A stretch of 64,000 nucleotides of DNA, from assembly GCA_964016885.1 (NCBI GenBank), contig OZ024741.1, forward strand, positions 343,232,001 through 343,296,000, written 5' to 3'. Source of the stretch: Eledone cirrhosa (lineage: Eukaryota). Positions 31,529 to 45,473 of the stretch are shown here, piece after piece. Position 1 is the stretch's first letter. The number at the start of each line of letters is the position of its first letter. A program made the position numbers and the translations under genes. The notes beneath the pieces were generated by a model. It did no database searches, was not told the origin of the DNA, and saw only the letters and a program-made list of their open reading frames with translations.

Positions 31529-31960
31529 TAGCAGAGGTACCCGGCGTTGCTCGGGTATTAAATAGCAGTTGTGTATACCATTTGTGTCAATACTTCTGTG
31601 CTGCTTCGAAAACTATACTTTTACAAAATTATCGGCTTTTTCCAAAAGGGGGTTCCTGCCCTCAGGGGTCCCCTACTCAATATGTGCCAATTCTGAGAGT
31701 TCACATTCATCAGTAGGACAAAGGTAGCCCATGTGTCAAGTTTTATGAAAATCGGTTGCGAACTGCAGAAGTTATGATGTTTTGTTGCTTTGCACTGCAG
31801 TGCTTCAGTCGAATCCAATGAGGTGGTTAAAGGGGGTTATCTGCCGGGAGGCCCTATAATCAATATCTGGAAAAATGAAAATGCCCATGATCATCAGGAG
31901 TACATAAGTATCCTATGTCTTAAGTTTGGTGAAAATACTGTAGAAATGTATAAGGTTTAT
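31528..31960 (-). mobile_element. Non-autonomous Helitron-like element
   Basis: rc 3' end cccgagcaacgccggg-tacctctg-CTAG|T; 5' boundary uncertain. Confidence 0.55.
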
Positions 31961-31971
31961 ACATACGCGCG

Positions 31972-32061
<90 letters not shown>

Positions 32062-32730
32062 TGGGTGTGTATGTGGGTGTGTATGTAATTGTGTGTGCGT
32101 ATGTATGTGTATGTCCGTCGGGGCATACGTATGTACTGGCCTAAATCTTCACTATTTACTTTTACTATTTTAATAACCTCTGTCATTTTAGTTTTCAATT
32201 TTATTTACATCATTCTTAAACTCCGGGGCTGGAAATTATTCTGTTATTTTAAATAGAATATTAGTCTAACGACTCCATTTATACCATAAACTCGGTCTTG
32301 TCTTTGAATGAAATTGTTCTTCTCGGTCCACATAACGACGTATTATCCTCACTTTTTTTTCCGTTCATTGCCAGAGAACGTCTTCACGAACCAAAATATC
32401 GTCTTCCTGTTTTCCTTCGGCTACAATGTTTCTCGAAATATTTACTTCTGCGTTCACAGATTACTCTCAGTTCAATTTGAATGGGAAATTCCTATTTCAT
32501 CGATTTTCTCCGTAACCATAGAAGCTTGTAGCTTGAAAGTCGACCCAACGCCTCCTCGGGTCATTCTGCATAACTGTGTAAATTTTCGCTGCATTCCACC
32601 AAGCCATTTCGACGTTTATCCGACTAACCCTACATATACAACGTCCTACTACTTCCAATTTATATAGTAGATATATATAAATTTGAAGGAATGTCCTGCG
32701 CAGCTGAGGTCTTATAACATTAATTTTATA

Positions 32731-32940
32731 AAAAGGTGGGCAAAAACAACGGAAAAACGGACGAACGAACCGAGAACAGTCCTTTCTCATTAGTTGACCT
32801 CTGGAGGACTTGTGGTTTTGATGCATTAAGGTCTATAACATTAAAGCAGTAACAAATGGACACAAGACACAAGAGATCGACTAATGAGAAGGGACAGCCC
32901 TGTTTTCGTCCGTTTTTCCGTTGTCTTTGCCACCCTTTGT
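32731..32940. repeat. Diverged inverted repeat
   Basis: ggcaaaaacaacggaaaaacggacgaa...ttctcattagt / actaatgagaa...ttcgtccgtttttccgttgtctttgcc. Confidence 0.7.
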
Positions 32941-32961
32941 TATATATATATATATATATAT

Positions 32962-33132
32962 GTTTACTAAAATAACAGATTAAAGTTTAAGCAGAGAATC
33001 GCTGCTTTCACTCTTAACGATTCTTTGCTGAAACTTTAATCTGTTATTTTAATAAATATTTGCTCTAGTGTTCTTATATATTTGATATATATTTATCCTT
33101 ATCGAGCCCTCTTTGGATTTTAGTCTTCAAAC

Positions 33133-33133
<1 letters not shown>
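32962..33133 (+). mobile_element. Fold-back element (same family as 63232-63350)
   Basis: aaaataacagattaaagttt.../...aaactttaatctgttatttt; shared tail. Confidence 0.7.
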
Positions 33134-33182
<49 letters not shown>

Positions 33183-36100
33183 GTTGCATTTATCTTGCTT
33201 TATGTTCATACGAGTTATCACCAAGTCACAACCAGTGACCTCAAGAGACAACAAGGTCCGCCATGTTCAAGAAAGAACATACATACACACACATGCAACT
33301 TTAGGTGTTTAGACTTGTGATGTACTTATATTGACAGAATCTTCCTTAGTATATGGGCAGTTCCCATTAGTACTATCTTTTGTATTTCTCCTATACGCGG
33401 GTTTCCTGGGATTTGCGATAAGTAATCATTAGACCCCTTAGGTATCATTCCTAGAGCGCCTACAACCACTGGTATTGTTTTAGTTCTCAATTTCCACATT
33501 TTTCCAATTTCTATCTCCAGGTCCTTATACTTGCTCAATTTTTCAAATGTTTTTATAGATACATTCTTGTCTATTGGAACGGACATATCAATTAGCAGGC
33601 ATACCCTCTTTTTAAAGTCCTTCAGTATTATATCACATCTATTTGCATCTATTTTTCGGTCTGTTTGGATGCTAAAGTTCCACAAGATTAAGATGTGATC
33701 TTTTTCAAGTATGGGAGGTGGTTGATGCTCCCACCAATTATTTTGATGGGGCAGTTCAAAATGCTTACACATTATCCAATGTATGTATTGTGCAGCTCTG
33801 TCATGCCTGTTTCGGTATTCGGTTGGAGCTATAGGACTGCACATTGAAATTATATGGTCAATGGTCTCTGGTTGTTTTTTAAATACACGGCATAATGGGC
33901 TGCATCCATTTTTTTTATTATGTTGGCTTGGTATTTTTTTGTTGGCAGACACTGATCTTGTGCTGATATAATCAGTCCTTCAGTCTCCGATTTCAGTCCA
34001 GAGGATGCCAACCACTGATGGGTTAAAGTTTTGTCAACATCAGGATTGTTAGCTCGTTCTGGGTATTTTCCATACAGAGGCTTTTCTTGCCATTTCTTAG
34101 CCAGTTTCTGTAGCAGTTCTTTCTTTGCAGTTACTTTTACATGCTTTGCTTGTTCTGTGTTTTCCATTTGAGCAGTAAATGGGACTTCTGAAATTTGTAG
34201 TCCATTACTGTATCTTTGTGCATCTTTTGTAATGGAGTATGATCTTTTGATGCTTTCGTGTTTCAAAACGAGTTTGATCATCCAATCATGTGATTCCCTT
34301 AGATATGTAGATAATCCAATTGTTGCAGTTTTCAACGCAATGTCTAACTGGATTAACTCACGTCCCCCTTCTTTCCTAGGGAGATATATTCTATCTGTAT
34401 CTGCCTTAGGGTGAAGCATTCTTTGCATGGTTAAGAATTTTCGAATTTTTGTATCGAGCCTACGGATCTCTGTGCTTGACCAGTTGATGACATTGTAACT
34501 GTAGGTTACTACTGGTATGGCAAGCGTGTTTATGGCATCGATCCTATTCTGTGCATTCAATTCCGTTCTTAAGATTGCTCTTACTCTGCGGTAACATTCC
34601 TTCCTTATCCTTTCCCTAATTGTCGAGTGCTTGATTCCGTCTCCTTCACAAACACCTAGATATTTGTAAGTTTCCTCTTGATCAAGTTCTCTTATCACAT
34701 TCCCCCGATCAAGATTAATGTCTGAACTTTTCAGCAGCTTTCCTCTGGTGAACGTTGCTTTGGCGCATTTATCTAGTCCAAACTCCATTTTAATGTCATC
34801 ACTGAACTGCTCCACAGTGGATAATAGCCCTTGCTATTGTTCATCATTTTTTGCGAATAGTTTCATGTAATCCACGTAGAACAAGTGATTAATGGTTTTG
34901 TCATAGACTTTATATCCATGTTTTGTTTCATTGAGCATTTTACTTAATGGTATAAGTGCGATGCAGAATAAAAGCGGTGATAAAGAGTCACCCTGAAAAA
35001 TTCCACAATTAATATTAACTTCTCCAGCTTCCAGTGATTTTGTTTCACTATTCAAAATGAGTGTCGTTTTCCATGTCTTCATACTGAATGACAAAAACCT
35101 CCTGACAACGGGAGATATTTTGAAAATCTCTAAACATTTTTCAATCCAACTGTGTGGCAAACTATCGAATGCTTTTTTATAATCTATCCAAGTAGTTGAT
35201 AGATTTTTGTGTATATGATGACAATCTTCCAGTATCATTTTGTTAACCAAAAGCTGATCCTTACAGCCATATGAGCCTCGTTTACACCCTTTCTGCTCAT
35301 TGGGAAATAGGTCATTTGTTATCAGGTGGTGATATGTATATTCAGTTAGGACTGATGTTAACATTTTATACATTGTGGTCAAGCAAGCTATCGGTCTGTA
35401 ATTTTTGGGATTGTTTGTCTCATCATTCTTCGGAAGCAGGAATGTAATGCCGTTAACTAGTCATGATGGTATCTTTTCTGGCTCCTTCAGTATTTCATTG
35501 TAAAGTTGGGCTAACAGCTCATGAGACTCTGTGAAGGCATTTATCCAAAAGTTTTGTATTTTGTCTTTTCCTGGGGATTTCCATTTGCTGGTTTTTCTTA
35601 GAGACAAGCGCAACTGTTCAACTGTTATATTTTCCCATATTTGTTCCTCAAGGTGAGCTGTATCTTTCATTTGTCTGTCTATCCATGGGGCATGTATGTT
35701 ATGAACTTTTTCTTCGGCCCAGATCTTTTCCCAGAATTCTTGCACTTCCTCCTTGGGTGGTATTGATTTAGCAGTTATTGTTGACTTACCAATTTTTCTG
35801 TAGAAGTTTCTTTGGTTGCTTTTGAACATATTATTGTCCTTATAGAATCTAGATCGTTTTTCAAAGCGCCTTATACGAGCAGCTTTGGCCGACACTTTTT
35901 GCTTGATTATTTCTATCAGCATGTCTATGTCACTTGTTGATTTTATACTGTACTTTCTTTTCAATTTTCTAAGTTTAGTTTGTTTAACATGTTCACCTAC
36001 TTTATAGTATGTCAGATCGGAGAAGGTTTATTTGGCGATTGATGTTCTCTTGCCAAGTAGATTTCTTGTGGGAATTCCTTTGTTTTTTCATCTTCACTCC

Positions 36101-37135
36101 ACATAAGTGAGTGGTGACTTTAGCCGATGTATAATAGATATGATTTAAATCAGTAATGTTTAGTTTGTTTGTGATGATAATGTTTTTGAGAGTTATGTTA
36201 GTCTTGTGTATTATCTTTTGGTTCTGTTTGGAGTTCTGGATCTTAGGGAGGGTGTCTCGTTGCCCCATGTCAGATTCTTTCATTTTCATCCATTCGATCA
36301 TAATTTCATCCTTCAAGTTGGCAAGTTCATTCTCATTCATTTCTTTATCATTTACGATCTCATTATTTTCATTTGGAGTTTCAGCTTGAGCATGCACTCC
36401 CTCCACTTTTTCGATCCTTTCTTTAATTTGTTCTGTTGCCAGTGATTCCGCCCCAACCCTGGGATTCGAAGTGTTACAATTTACCTCGTTTTCACTGACA
36501 CATGTTTCATTTTCCATTCGCTGACTTTGTGCTAATAGCTTGATCTGATCAATTTCTATATCAGTTAGTAACTTTTTTCTGACAATATTTCTTCGTATAT
36601 TGGCTAGTTTGTTACTGTCAATATAGCCTCTGTTTTCGGGATGTTTCTTTTTCCAGTTGATATATGTCTGTTCTGTATTCGATGTATTTGATGGGTAATA
36701 CATGGCAGTGTAGAAAGCCTCAAGGACTTCTTTATTATCTTCCCTTGACCATTTTTCTCTCTTTTTCTTTGGATTTCTTGGTGGTGAGCATGGAGGGCCA
36801 ACAGTAGGAGTATTCCGGTTATGGGAGGTCTCCAGCTCCGAAGTGATGGGAAGGTTTGAACTATTAGCTGATTTTTCGACCCCAGTCTGGTTCCTCTCTG
36901 AGGGACGCGGCCCTTTTTGACCCGGGTGACGGCCGATCCGGTATGAGATTTTATCATTAGACATTTACTTTATTTTGTCGCGTTTTATCCTTATCCGCCA
37001 AGGGGTAATCATTTCGTGTTACCACTTCTAGAACGAGTGTCAACCAAAACTAGAGGGGTCGTTCTCCCCTAGAGACACGGCTATTCCCCGCCGGCCGCCA
37101 TCCCGGTATTTCTTGGTCACGGGGTTTTCTTTTTG
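33183..37135 (-). mobile_element. R4/Dong-clade RLE non-LTR retrotransposon, near full length, disrupted (copy 1)
   Basis: ORFs 36002-36964, 35461-35964, 34834-35382, 33850-34815, 33326-33952: [43 protein letters not shown]; 3' end abuts (TTA)n. Confidence 0.88.
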
Positions 37136-37375
37136 TTGTTTTTTTTAAAATTGTTATTATCATGAGTGGTTCATTGATGTGAGCATTGCGTGGCTTAAGA
37201 ATGAAATTATTAATAATTGTCTCCACTCCAGGCACAAGGCCAGCAATCACCCAGTGCATTACAATAATATAATATACTTTTTGCTGAAGTTGCCTTTTAT
37301 TGTTGTTGGCTATGTCGGTGGTGGTGCTGGGGCTTTTTATATTATTATTATTATTATCATTATTGTTGTTATTAC

Positions 37376-40300
37376 TCTTTGAGTCTCAGTCATTGATGTT
37401 AGTTAACTGGAAAGTTTGTTGAAATTAATATCAAGCCACTACCTGCAGCCTCAGATATTCAGGACGTATCGGAGGGTTCCTGCTGTTCTCAGCAAGCATG
37501 CATCTTGAAGCGTTCCAAAAAGCGTGAAGGGGCCAATTTTCTTAAACCATCCATGGAAACTTTTGGAGATAGTCCCTAGTGCGCCTATGACAATCGGGAT
37601 CACTTTGACTTCATGGCAGTTCCAAATCCTTTTTACCTCCCACTTTAAGTCCTGGTATCGGTTAATTTTCTCCCTCTCCTTCTCTTGCACTCTCGTATCG
37701 AATGGGCAGGCCACATCCACAATCAGGCACGATCTTTTTTCTTTGTCCACAACCACCAGGTCAGGTCTATTGTGTTCCAGTTTCTTGTCCGTCTGTATCC
37801 TAAAATCCCACAGCACCTTCACCTGATCCTTTTCTATCACCGCCTTTGGCTTATGCTCATACCACTTCTCAGAATGTGGTAAATTGTTTACTTTGCATAG
37901 GTGACAGTGGATCACCCTGTCCATCACATCATGTCTCCAGCCCTTATAGTGAGTCTGGGCTAGGTGTTTACACTCGGATACAATGTGAGTCACAGTCTCC
38001 TCTCTCTCTCCACAGATCCTGCACAGTGGGCTAGCCTCCTCCTTGTAAATATGGTGTTTCAACCACTTCGTTTTGAGGGCCTGCTCCTGCGAAACCATTA
38101 ACATTCCTTCTGTAGCCTTTTTAAGGTCTCCTCTTTTCAACCAGTTCCATGTCTGTGGATCTCTAAATTCAGTTTTCTCAAAGAAGGTACTATGAAGGGA
38201 TTTTTCCTGAAGGCTGCTCTTTCTCCTTGATGTTATTTCCTCCTTGGACATCCCCTGGCCTATTGTCCCCTACTTCAGTACAGTTCTGAGCATTGGCTCC
38301 TTACTATCAGTCACGTATTTGTGTAGGTTGTTTTTCTCCATCTGAACACAGTCCTCTATGCTGATAAGACCTCTTCCACCCTCAGATCTCCTTCAGTAGA
38401 GTCTATCGACATCACTCCTCTTGTGGAACATGTTGTAGATAGTCAATAGCTTCCTAGTCTTCCTATCCATTTCTTTCTGTTCAGCAACATTCCATCTCAG
38501 AATTCCCACACTGTACCTAATAATAGACACAGCTCGGGAATTTACTGCACTTATGGCATTCCTACTATTCAGATGTGACTTTAATACGCTCCTTCCTCTC
38601 CGAATGTATTCAGTTCTTATCAATTCCTTCATTTTTTTGTTCTTGATGCCAGAACGCCCAAATACTTGTATCCTTCTTCAGAGTCAATTTCCTTTATCAT
38701 CTCACCCGTTGGTACCTGGATTCCGTTACTTCTGCTCAACCTACCCCTCTTCATCACAATAACTCCACACTTACTAATACCAAATTGCATACATATATCA
38801 TTGGTGAAAATACGGACAGTGTCAACAAGCACATCCAACTCCTTCTCACTCTTCTCGAAGAGCTTAAGATCGTCCATGAAGAGGAGGTGATTGATGGAAA
38901 GCCCTCCCTTTCCCAACCTGTATCCTGCTCTCACTTTTCGCAGTACACTGGTCAGGGGCATCAGGGCAAGGACAAACAACAGAGGGGACAGACTATCTCC
39001 CTGGAAGATACCTCTCTTGATCTTCACGCTTCCCAAGGATTCTCCAGTTGATGTTAACTCTGTTTGTCAGGACTTCATACTTTTGCCCAACAACTGTCTG
39101 ATGTTATCTGCCACCTTGAAGATCTCCAGGCTTTTGGTGATCCAAGAATGAGGCACCATGTCAAATGCCTTTTTGTAGTCTATCCATCCCATGGCAAGAC
39201 CAGTGTGTCTCCTCCTGCAATTCTTCATTACCATCTTATCAATAATCAACTGGTCCTTTGTACCACGTGACTTCTTTCGGCATCCTTTCTGTTCGTCCGG
39301 TAACAAGTTGTTTGTGTGGAGGTGATGGTAGATTTCCTCAGACATAATGCTTGTTAACAGTTTCCACATTACGGACAGACATGTGATAGGTCTATAGTTG
39401 GTAACATCATTACCCTTGATTCGGTCTTTCATTATCAGTCTTTCATTATCAGAACTGTGGTACCTTTTGTCAACCACTCTGGTACCTCACCTGACATCAA
39501 GCAGTCATTGAACATAGTCATTGAACATGGTTGTCAGTTTCGGGTGGAGGGATGTTATATTTTTAATCCAATACCCCTGCACACCATCTGGGCCTGGTGA
39601 TTTCCAGTTGACTAGTTTTTTGGCCTGCCCCTTAAGAGTTTCAACTGTGATACTCAAATCAGTTTGTTGGTGTGTCTGTTCACTAATCTCCTTCTGTACT
39701 GTCTCAATCCACACTGCCTGGTCATTATGTTTAACATCCTGCTCCCATATTCCTCTCCAGAATGTTTTAGTTTGTTCCGCCTCAGGGATCAAGTCGTTGC
39801 CTCTTTCTTTCCCTTCAAGCTGTCCAAACAGCATCTTCTGGTTGTTGTCGAACATGCGGTTCTGTCTATACTGGCTGACTCTGCTCTCGTATCGCCTGAT
39901 TTTTGCACCCTTTGCTACAATGCATTGCTTCAGTTCCTCTATGATAATATTTAGCTTTTTCCTCCTAATTTTGTACTTTATTTCCAGTCTATTTTTAGTG
40001 TCTATGTTTTTTAGTGTCCCATTCAGTAGGGACTCAAGCTTTCCAATGTCATTTCTCATTTCCCTGATTTGCCCACTCAGTCGTTTCTTCCACCAAGGCT
40101 CTGCTCTTTCTTGTCTGTTGTTTGCTCTCGCTTTTATACCAAGTAGATTCCTCACCGTATTTGCTGTTGCTTTGAGGATATTGTTGCACTGGTGAAGGCT
40201 CCTCGCCTCAAGTTATGGGATGACTTTGTTTACCTTAGCTGTTTATTCTTTTAACTTTTTCCTGTCTACAAATCTTAGGTTCATAGGTCTCCCACTATCA

Positions 40301-40981
40301 TTGTTCAATTCATCTACCACTAAGTTTAGGATATCAACCAAATCTTGTCCTAGCCCATCAGCATTCATATCGTCAGTGGCCGTATCTCTGTTCCAGGTAT
40401 TATTTATCTCAGCATTCAGATCATTGTCTGCTTCGGGTGGTTCCTCCGTTCTCTAGACCTCTTCACCTTCATTTCACACTGGCTCGTTTACCTGGCATAC
40501 TCCACTCTCCATTTCCAACCTAAACTCTCTGCTCAGTTCCTCCAGTTCCAGCTCGCTTATCCACCCATTAGTTCTTATTACCCGAGCCTGCCCGGCCAAT
40601 TTTTGTTTATCTAATTTAAATAGACCAATCTCGTTCCAGATGTTATGCATCCGTTTCCTATAGCCTTTCTCCTTGGGGTCACTCTTCAGGTAACATTGCA
40701 TAATAGTTCTATTCAATTCTTTCGTCCAGTTGGTTCTGGTCCTTTTCCTTCTTCTTCTTCCTCCGACACCAGCAGTATCTGGTTGACAGCCAGGTTCCTG
40801 CTGCTGAGCCAGGGAGCACCTGTTGGGTGAGAGTCTGTCACATGACATTCTAGTCTCCATTTCACCGTTATTCGAACTGTTTAGGTTCGACATTTAAACA
40901 CTCTTATCGAGGATTGGCGAATGTATGGTTACATAACCACCGGTGAATTCATCGTCTCCGGTGGTTCCGTCACTCCACGTG

Positions 40982-40983
<2 letters not shown>
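37376..40983 (-). mobile_element. R4/Dong-clade RLE non-LTR retrotransposon, full length, disrupted (family 2)
   Basis: KSPGPDG, GIFQGDSLSP, FMDDLKL, CRICGEREETVTHIVSEC, RHD, NRPDL; (TTA)n on both sides. Confidence 0.9.
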
Positions 40984-41045
<62 letters not shown>

Positions 41046-41046
<1 letters not shown>

Positions 41047-42392
41047 CTTGAATCTCAGTCATTGATGTTAGTTAACTGGAAAGTCCGTTGGAATGAATAT
41101 CAAGCCACTACCTGCAGCCTCAGATATTCAGGACGTATCGGAGGGTTCTTGCTGTTCTCAGCAAGCATGCCTTTTGAAGCGTTCCAAAAAGCGTGAAGGG
41201 GTCGATTTTCTTTAACCATCCCTGGAAACTTTTTGAGATAGTCCTCAGTGCGCCTATGACAATCGGAATCACTTTGACTTCATGGCAGTTCCAAATCCTT
41301 TTCACCTCCCACTTTAAGTCCTGGTATCGGTTAATTTTCTCCCTCTCCTTCTCTTGCACTCTCGTGTCGAATGGGCAGGCCACATCCACAATCAGGCACG
41401 ATCTTTTTTCTTTGTCCACAACCACCAGGTCAGGTCTATTGTGTTCCAGCTTCTTGTCCGTCTGTATCCTAAAATCCTACAGCACCTTCACCTGATCGTT
41501 CTCCATCACTGCCTCTGGCTTATGCTCATACCATTTCTCAGAATGTGGTAAATTATTTACTTTGTATAGGTGCCAGTGGATCACCCTGTCCATCACATCA
41601 TGTCTCCAGCCCTTATAGTGAGTCTGGGCTAGGTGTTTACACTCGGATACAATGTGAGCCACAGTCTCTTCTCTCTCTCCACAGATCCTGCACAGTGGGC
41701 TAGCCTCCTCCTTGTAAATATGGTGTTTCAACCACTTCGTTTTGAGGGCCTGCTCCTGCGCAGCCATCAACATTCCTTCTGTAGCCTATTTAAGGTCTCC
41801 TCTTCTCAACCAGTTCCATGTCTGTGGATCTCTAAATTCAGTTTTCTCAAAGAAGGTACTATGAAGGGATTTTTCCTGAAGGCTGCTCTTTCTCCTTGAT
41901 GTTATTTCCTCCTTGGACATCCCCTGGCCTATTGTCCCCTCCTTCAGTACAGTTCTGAGCATTGGCTCCTTACTATCAGTCACGTATTTGTGTAGGTTGT
42001 TTTTCTCCATCTGAACACAGTCCTCTATGCTGATAAGACCTCTTCCACCCTCAGATCTCCTTAGGTAGAGTCTCTCGACATCACTCCTCTTGTGGAACAT
42101 GTTGTAGATAGTCAATAGCTTCCTAGTCTTCCTATCCATTTCTTTTTGTTCAGCAACATTCCATCTCAGAATTCCCGCACTGTACCTAATAATAGACACA
42201 GCTCGGGAATTTACTGCGCTTATGGCATTTCTGCTGTTCAGATGTGACTTCAATACGCTCCTTATTCTCCAAATGTATTCAGTTCTTAACAATTCCTTCA
42301 TTTTTTTGTTCTTTATGCCATCAGCCTCCAGAACGCCCAAATACTTGTATCCTTCCTCAGAGTCAATTTCCGTTATCATCTCACCTGTTGGT
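41046..42392 (-). mobile_element. 5'-truncated second copy of R4/Dong family 2
   Basis: Highly similar to 37376-38715; 3' end in (TTA)n. Confidence 0.9.
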
Positions 42393-42396
42393 ATAT

Positions 42397-42690
42397 ATAA
42401 ATAAAATAAAATAACAGGAGGCTGGACTGATTCCAATACCTGATGATATCACCGGATTTATATGGAACCCGGTCATTGAAATGATCATAGTATAATAAAC
42501 CTTTCAAGGATTTACACCAGTCCAGCCTCCTGTTATTTTATTTTATTTATAATTAACTCCGTATTCGCACCACCAACTACACAAACAAAGATAGGTGAAC
42601 TGCACTGCGTTGAGTACTCTTCACAATATTACACCAGGATTGACCATACGAAATGACCAGTTCTATCCTGTGGTGTACCAACAAACCTAA
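42397..42690 (+). mobile_element. HHR element with short 5' inversion; inverted relative at 43905-44155
   Basis: 42397-42430 inverts 42518-42550; body homologous to rc of 43905-44155. Confidence 0.75.
42436..42493 (+). ncRNA. Type-I hammerhead
   Basis: atac CTGATGA tatcaccgg...ccggtcatt GAAA tgatca TA gtat. Confidence 0.8.
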
Positions 42691-42692
42691 AG

Positions 42693-42738
<46 letters not shown>

Positions 42739-42806
42739 ATGAAGAGAGAAGAAACATTTAGATATAATTAGTAATAAAATGTATCATACCTAAACTGCTC
42801 CTAAAT

Positions 42807-42896
42807 TCCTCGACTACGTAGTTTCGTGGCATAAACAAAAACAATATATCATAAAGACATAGAGTCCTTGCGAGGTCTGCCGACTTATCAAGAGGA
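42807..42896 (-). ncRNA. Type-I hammerhead, U3-A8 variant (family A)
   Basis: rc: tcctc TTGATAA gtcggca...tgccac GAAA ctacgtag TC gagga. Confidence 0.8.
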
Positions 42897-43401
42897 TACC
42901 TCATTTTACTAGTCTCAAGAACGCGTCTACACGACGTGAGAAAGAATCCCAAAAGACGGAGGGGGAGATAGTCACGCGATATAACGGTCGAGAAACAGAG
43001 CTAAGCCTCTTATAACCCCGAAGAAAATACCACGGAGGCGGAGGGGGTATTTATATCGAGGCCGTAGAAGGGGTGGTGAAGAAGGCGAGAAGTATGAGTA
43101 ATGGAAGCTTTCCAGCTGTCCCCACACTTCAAAGATTGCTCGACCAGAGGGAGTTATTAACAATATATTTAGAAACACACAGATACATGCGGACACACAC
43201 ATATATACATGAATGCATCCGCACCCAACTGTGAGTTAAGGGTGCCAACTTCACCGATGTTGCTCAATGAATGACTGGGACAGACCAATTCAGTTGAACT
43301 AGACTGAACCAGTATCAGAGTTAAAAATACATTATGAAGAGAGAAGAAACATTTAGATATAATTAGTAATAAAATGTATCATACCTAAACTGCTCCTAAA
43401 T

Positions 43402-43491
43402 TCCTCGACTACGTAGTTTCGTGGCATAAACAAAAACAATATATCATAAAGACATAGAGTCCTTGCGAGGTCTGCCGACTTATCAAGAGGA
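43402..43491 (-). ncRNA. Type-I hammerhead, U3-A8 variant (family A, second unit)
   Basis: Same motif 595 bp away. Confidence 0.8.
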
Positions 43492-43828
43492 TACCTCATT
43501 TTACTAGTCTCAAGAACGCGTCTACACGACGTGAGAAAGAATCCCAAAAGGCGGAGGGGGAGATAGTCACGCGATATAACGGTCGAGAAACAGAGCTAAG
43601 CCTCTTATAACCCCGAAGAAAATACCACGGAGGCGGAGGGGTATTTATATCTCTTCATAATGTATTTTTAACTCTGATACTGGTTCAGTCTAGTTCAATT
43701 CAACTGAATTGGTCTGTCCCAGTCATTCATTGAGCAACATCGGTGAAGTTGGCACCCTTAACTCACAGTTGGGTGCGGATGCATTCATGTATATATGTGT
43801 GTCCCCGCATGTATCTGTGTGTTTCTAA

Positions 43829-43904
<76 letters not shown>

Positions 43905-44094
43905 TTTGAAGGTTCACCACTGGATAGAGCTGGTCATTCCGTATGGTCAATCTTGATGTAATAATATGGAGAGTACTCAACGTAAAGCAGCTCAACCGTC
44001 TTCGTTTGTGTAGTTGGTGGTCCGAGTACGGAGTTAATTATTATAAAAAAATAACAGGAGGCTGAACTTGTGTAAATCCTTGAAAGGTTTATTC

Positions 44095-44151
44095 TACTAT
44101 GATCATTTCAATGACCGGGTTCCGTATGAATCCGGTGATATCATCAGGTAT
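44095..44151 (-). ncRNA. Type-I hammerhead
   Basis: rc: tac CTGATGA tatcaccggattcatacggaacccggtcatt GAAA tgatca TA gta. Confidence 0.78.
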
Positions 44152-44260
44152 TAGAAATATAATAAATGAATGTAACAGATAAAATCCATGGGGCTGAAAA
44201 TCATAGACCCGAGGACGACCGACCATCTAGTATCTTCCAGTTTAGCCGGTCGCCCTCAAG

Positions 44261-44297
<37 letters not shown>

Positions 44298-44393
44298 CGT
44301 TAAGTATTTCCGTGGAAAAGGTTAAGGAAAGAAGAGTGTTCTATGTATACTGAAGAACTATTTAATTATGTAATAAACAAGACAATATAATTA

Positions 44394-44464
44394 TTCCATT
44401 ACCCAAGGTTTCACGAATTCAGACGATTCTAACAGAGGCGTCTGAATCCGTTCATCAGATAGAA
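44394..44464 (-). ncRNA. Type-I hammerhead with long stem II
   Basis: rc: ttctat CTGATGA acggattcagacg...cgtctgaattcgt GAAA ccttggg TA atggaa. Confidence 0.82.
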
Positions 44465-44494
44465 AAATATATATACATACATACATATATATAT

Positions 44495-44965
44495 ATCAAA
44501 AATTAAATTAAGGGTTGTCATGTCTGAGAGACATGCAGCATATCCACTTCAGAATAAGCTCAAAGATTCCAATGAATAGATCCGAGCATTTTATATCAAC
44601 TAGAAATAGATTGACATATATATATATATATATAAAATAAACATATGAAACAATCACAGGGAATAATTTGTAAAGTGTGTAAACACACATAGCTAGGTAC
44701 GTAACTAATTAAATTTTAACTAGAACTTCAAATATAGATACCTTTTAAAATGAAGTTCTAGTTAAACTTTAATTAGTTACCTACCTAGCTATGTGTGTTT
44801 ACACACTTTACAAATTATTCCCTGTGATTGTTTCATATGTTTATTTTATATATATATGTGTTAATCTATTTCTAGTTGATCTATTCATTGGAATCTTTGA
44901 GCTTATTCTGCAGTGGATATGGCGCATGTCGCTCAGACATGACAACCCTTAATTTAATTTTTGAT
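44495..44965. repeat. ~230 bp-arm inverted repeat between (TA)n tracts; third partial copy 45260-45403
   Basis: Arms 44495-44730 and 44751-44965, several mismatches and an indel. Confidence 0.85.
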
Positions 44966-45398
44966 ATATATACATCCCCTTAATTGTAGAGCTAACTCAG
45001 TTGAATGGACTCGGCTGCTATTTCTAGCTGTCGACAATCCTATTCACGCTGCTGTGATGACGCTGTGCGATGTTTGTATTTAAAAAAAAATGCAACGCGT
45101 GGTACGAATCATTCACAGATTTGCATTTGTTGTGTAAACACAGATGGTTGGATCTTCTCCTATGGTGACCATCCGAGGTTTGACTTCTGTGATTTACCGA
45201 TTAATTGGTGAAATATATTTTTTATTAAAAGAAATACATACAAAGGAGATTAATCAATTTAAAAGGTATCTATATTTGAAGTTCTAGTTAAACTTTAATT
45301 AGTTACCTACCTAGCTATGTGTGCTTACACACTTTACAAATTATTACCTGTGATTGTTTCATATGTTTATTTTATATATATATATGTCAATCTATTTC

Positions 45399-45467
<69 letters not shown>

Positions 45468-45473
<6 letters not shown>

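Larger units (their letters stand above)
42736..43833 (-). mobile_element. Family A: 595 bp unit x ~1.5 (42736-43650) plus inverted arm 43651-43833
   Basis: Near-identical tandem at 42736 and 43331 (duplicated ORFs 42758 and 43353); (TA)n on both flanks. Confidence 0.88.

Noticed and set aside
36985-37125. GC-rich structured 5' UTR of R4/Dong copy 1 (also 40900-40983) as a ribozyme
   Set aside because: Hairpins present but I could not fit an HDV or other known fold
39521-40195. 224 aa plus-strand ORF and similar antisense ORFs
   Set aside because: Shadow frames opposite retrotransposon coding strands
42736-43650. CRISPR-like or satellite array
   Set aside because: No short repeat-spacer periodicity; eukaryotic context; dispersed permuted copy argues for a mobile unit
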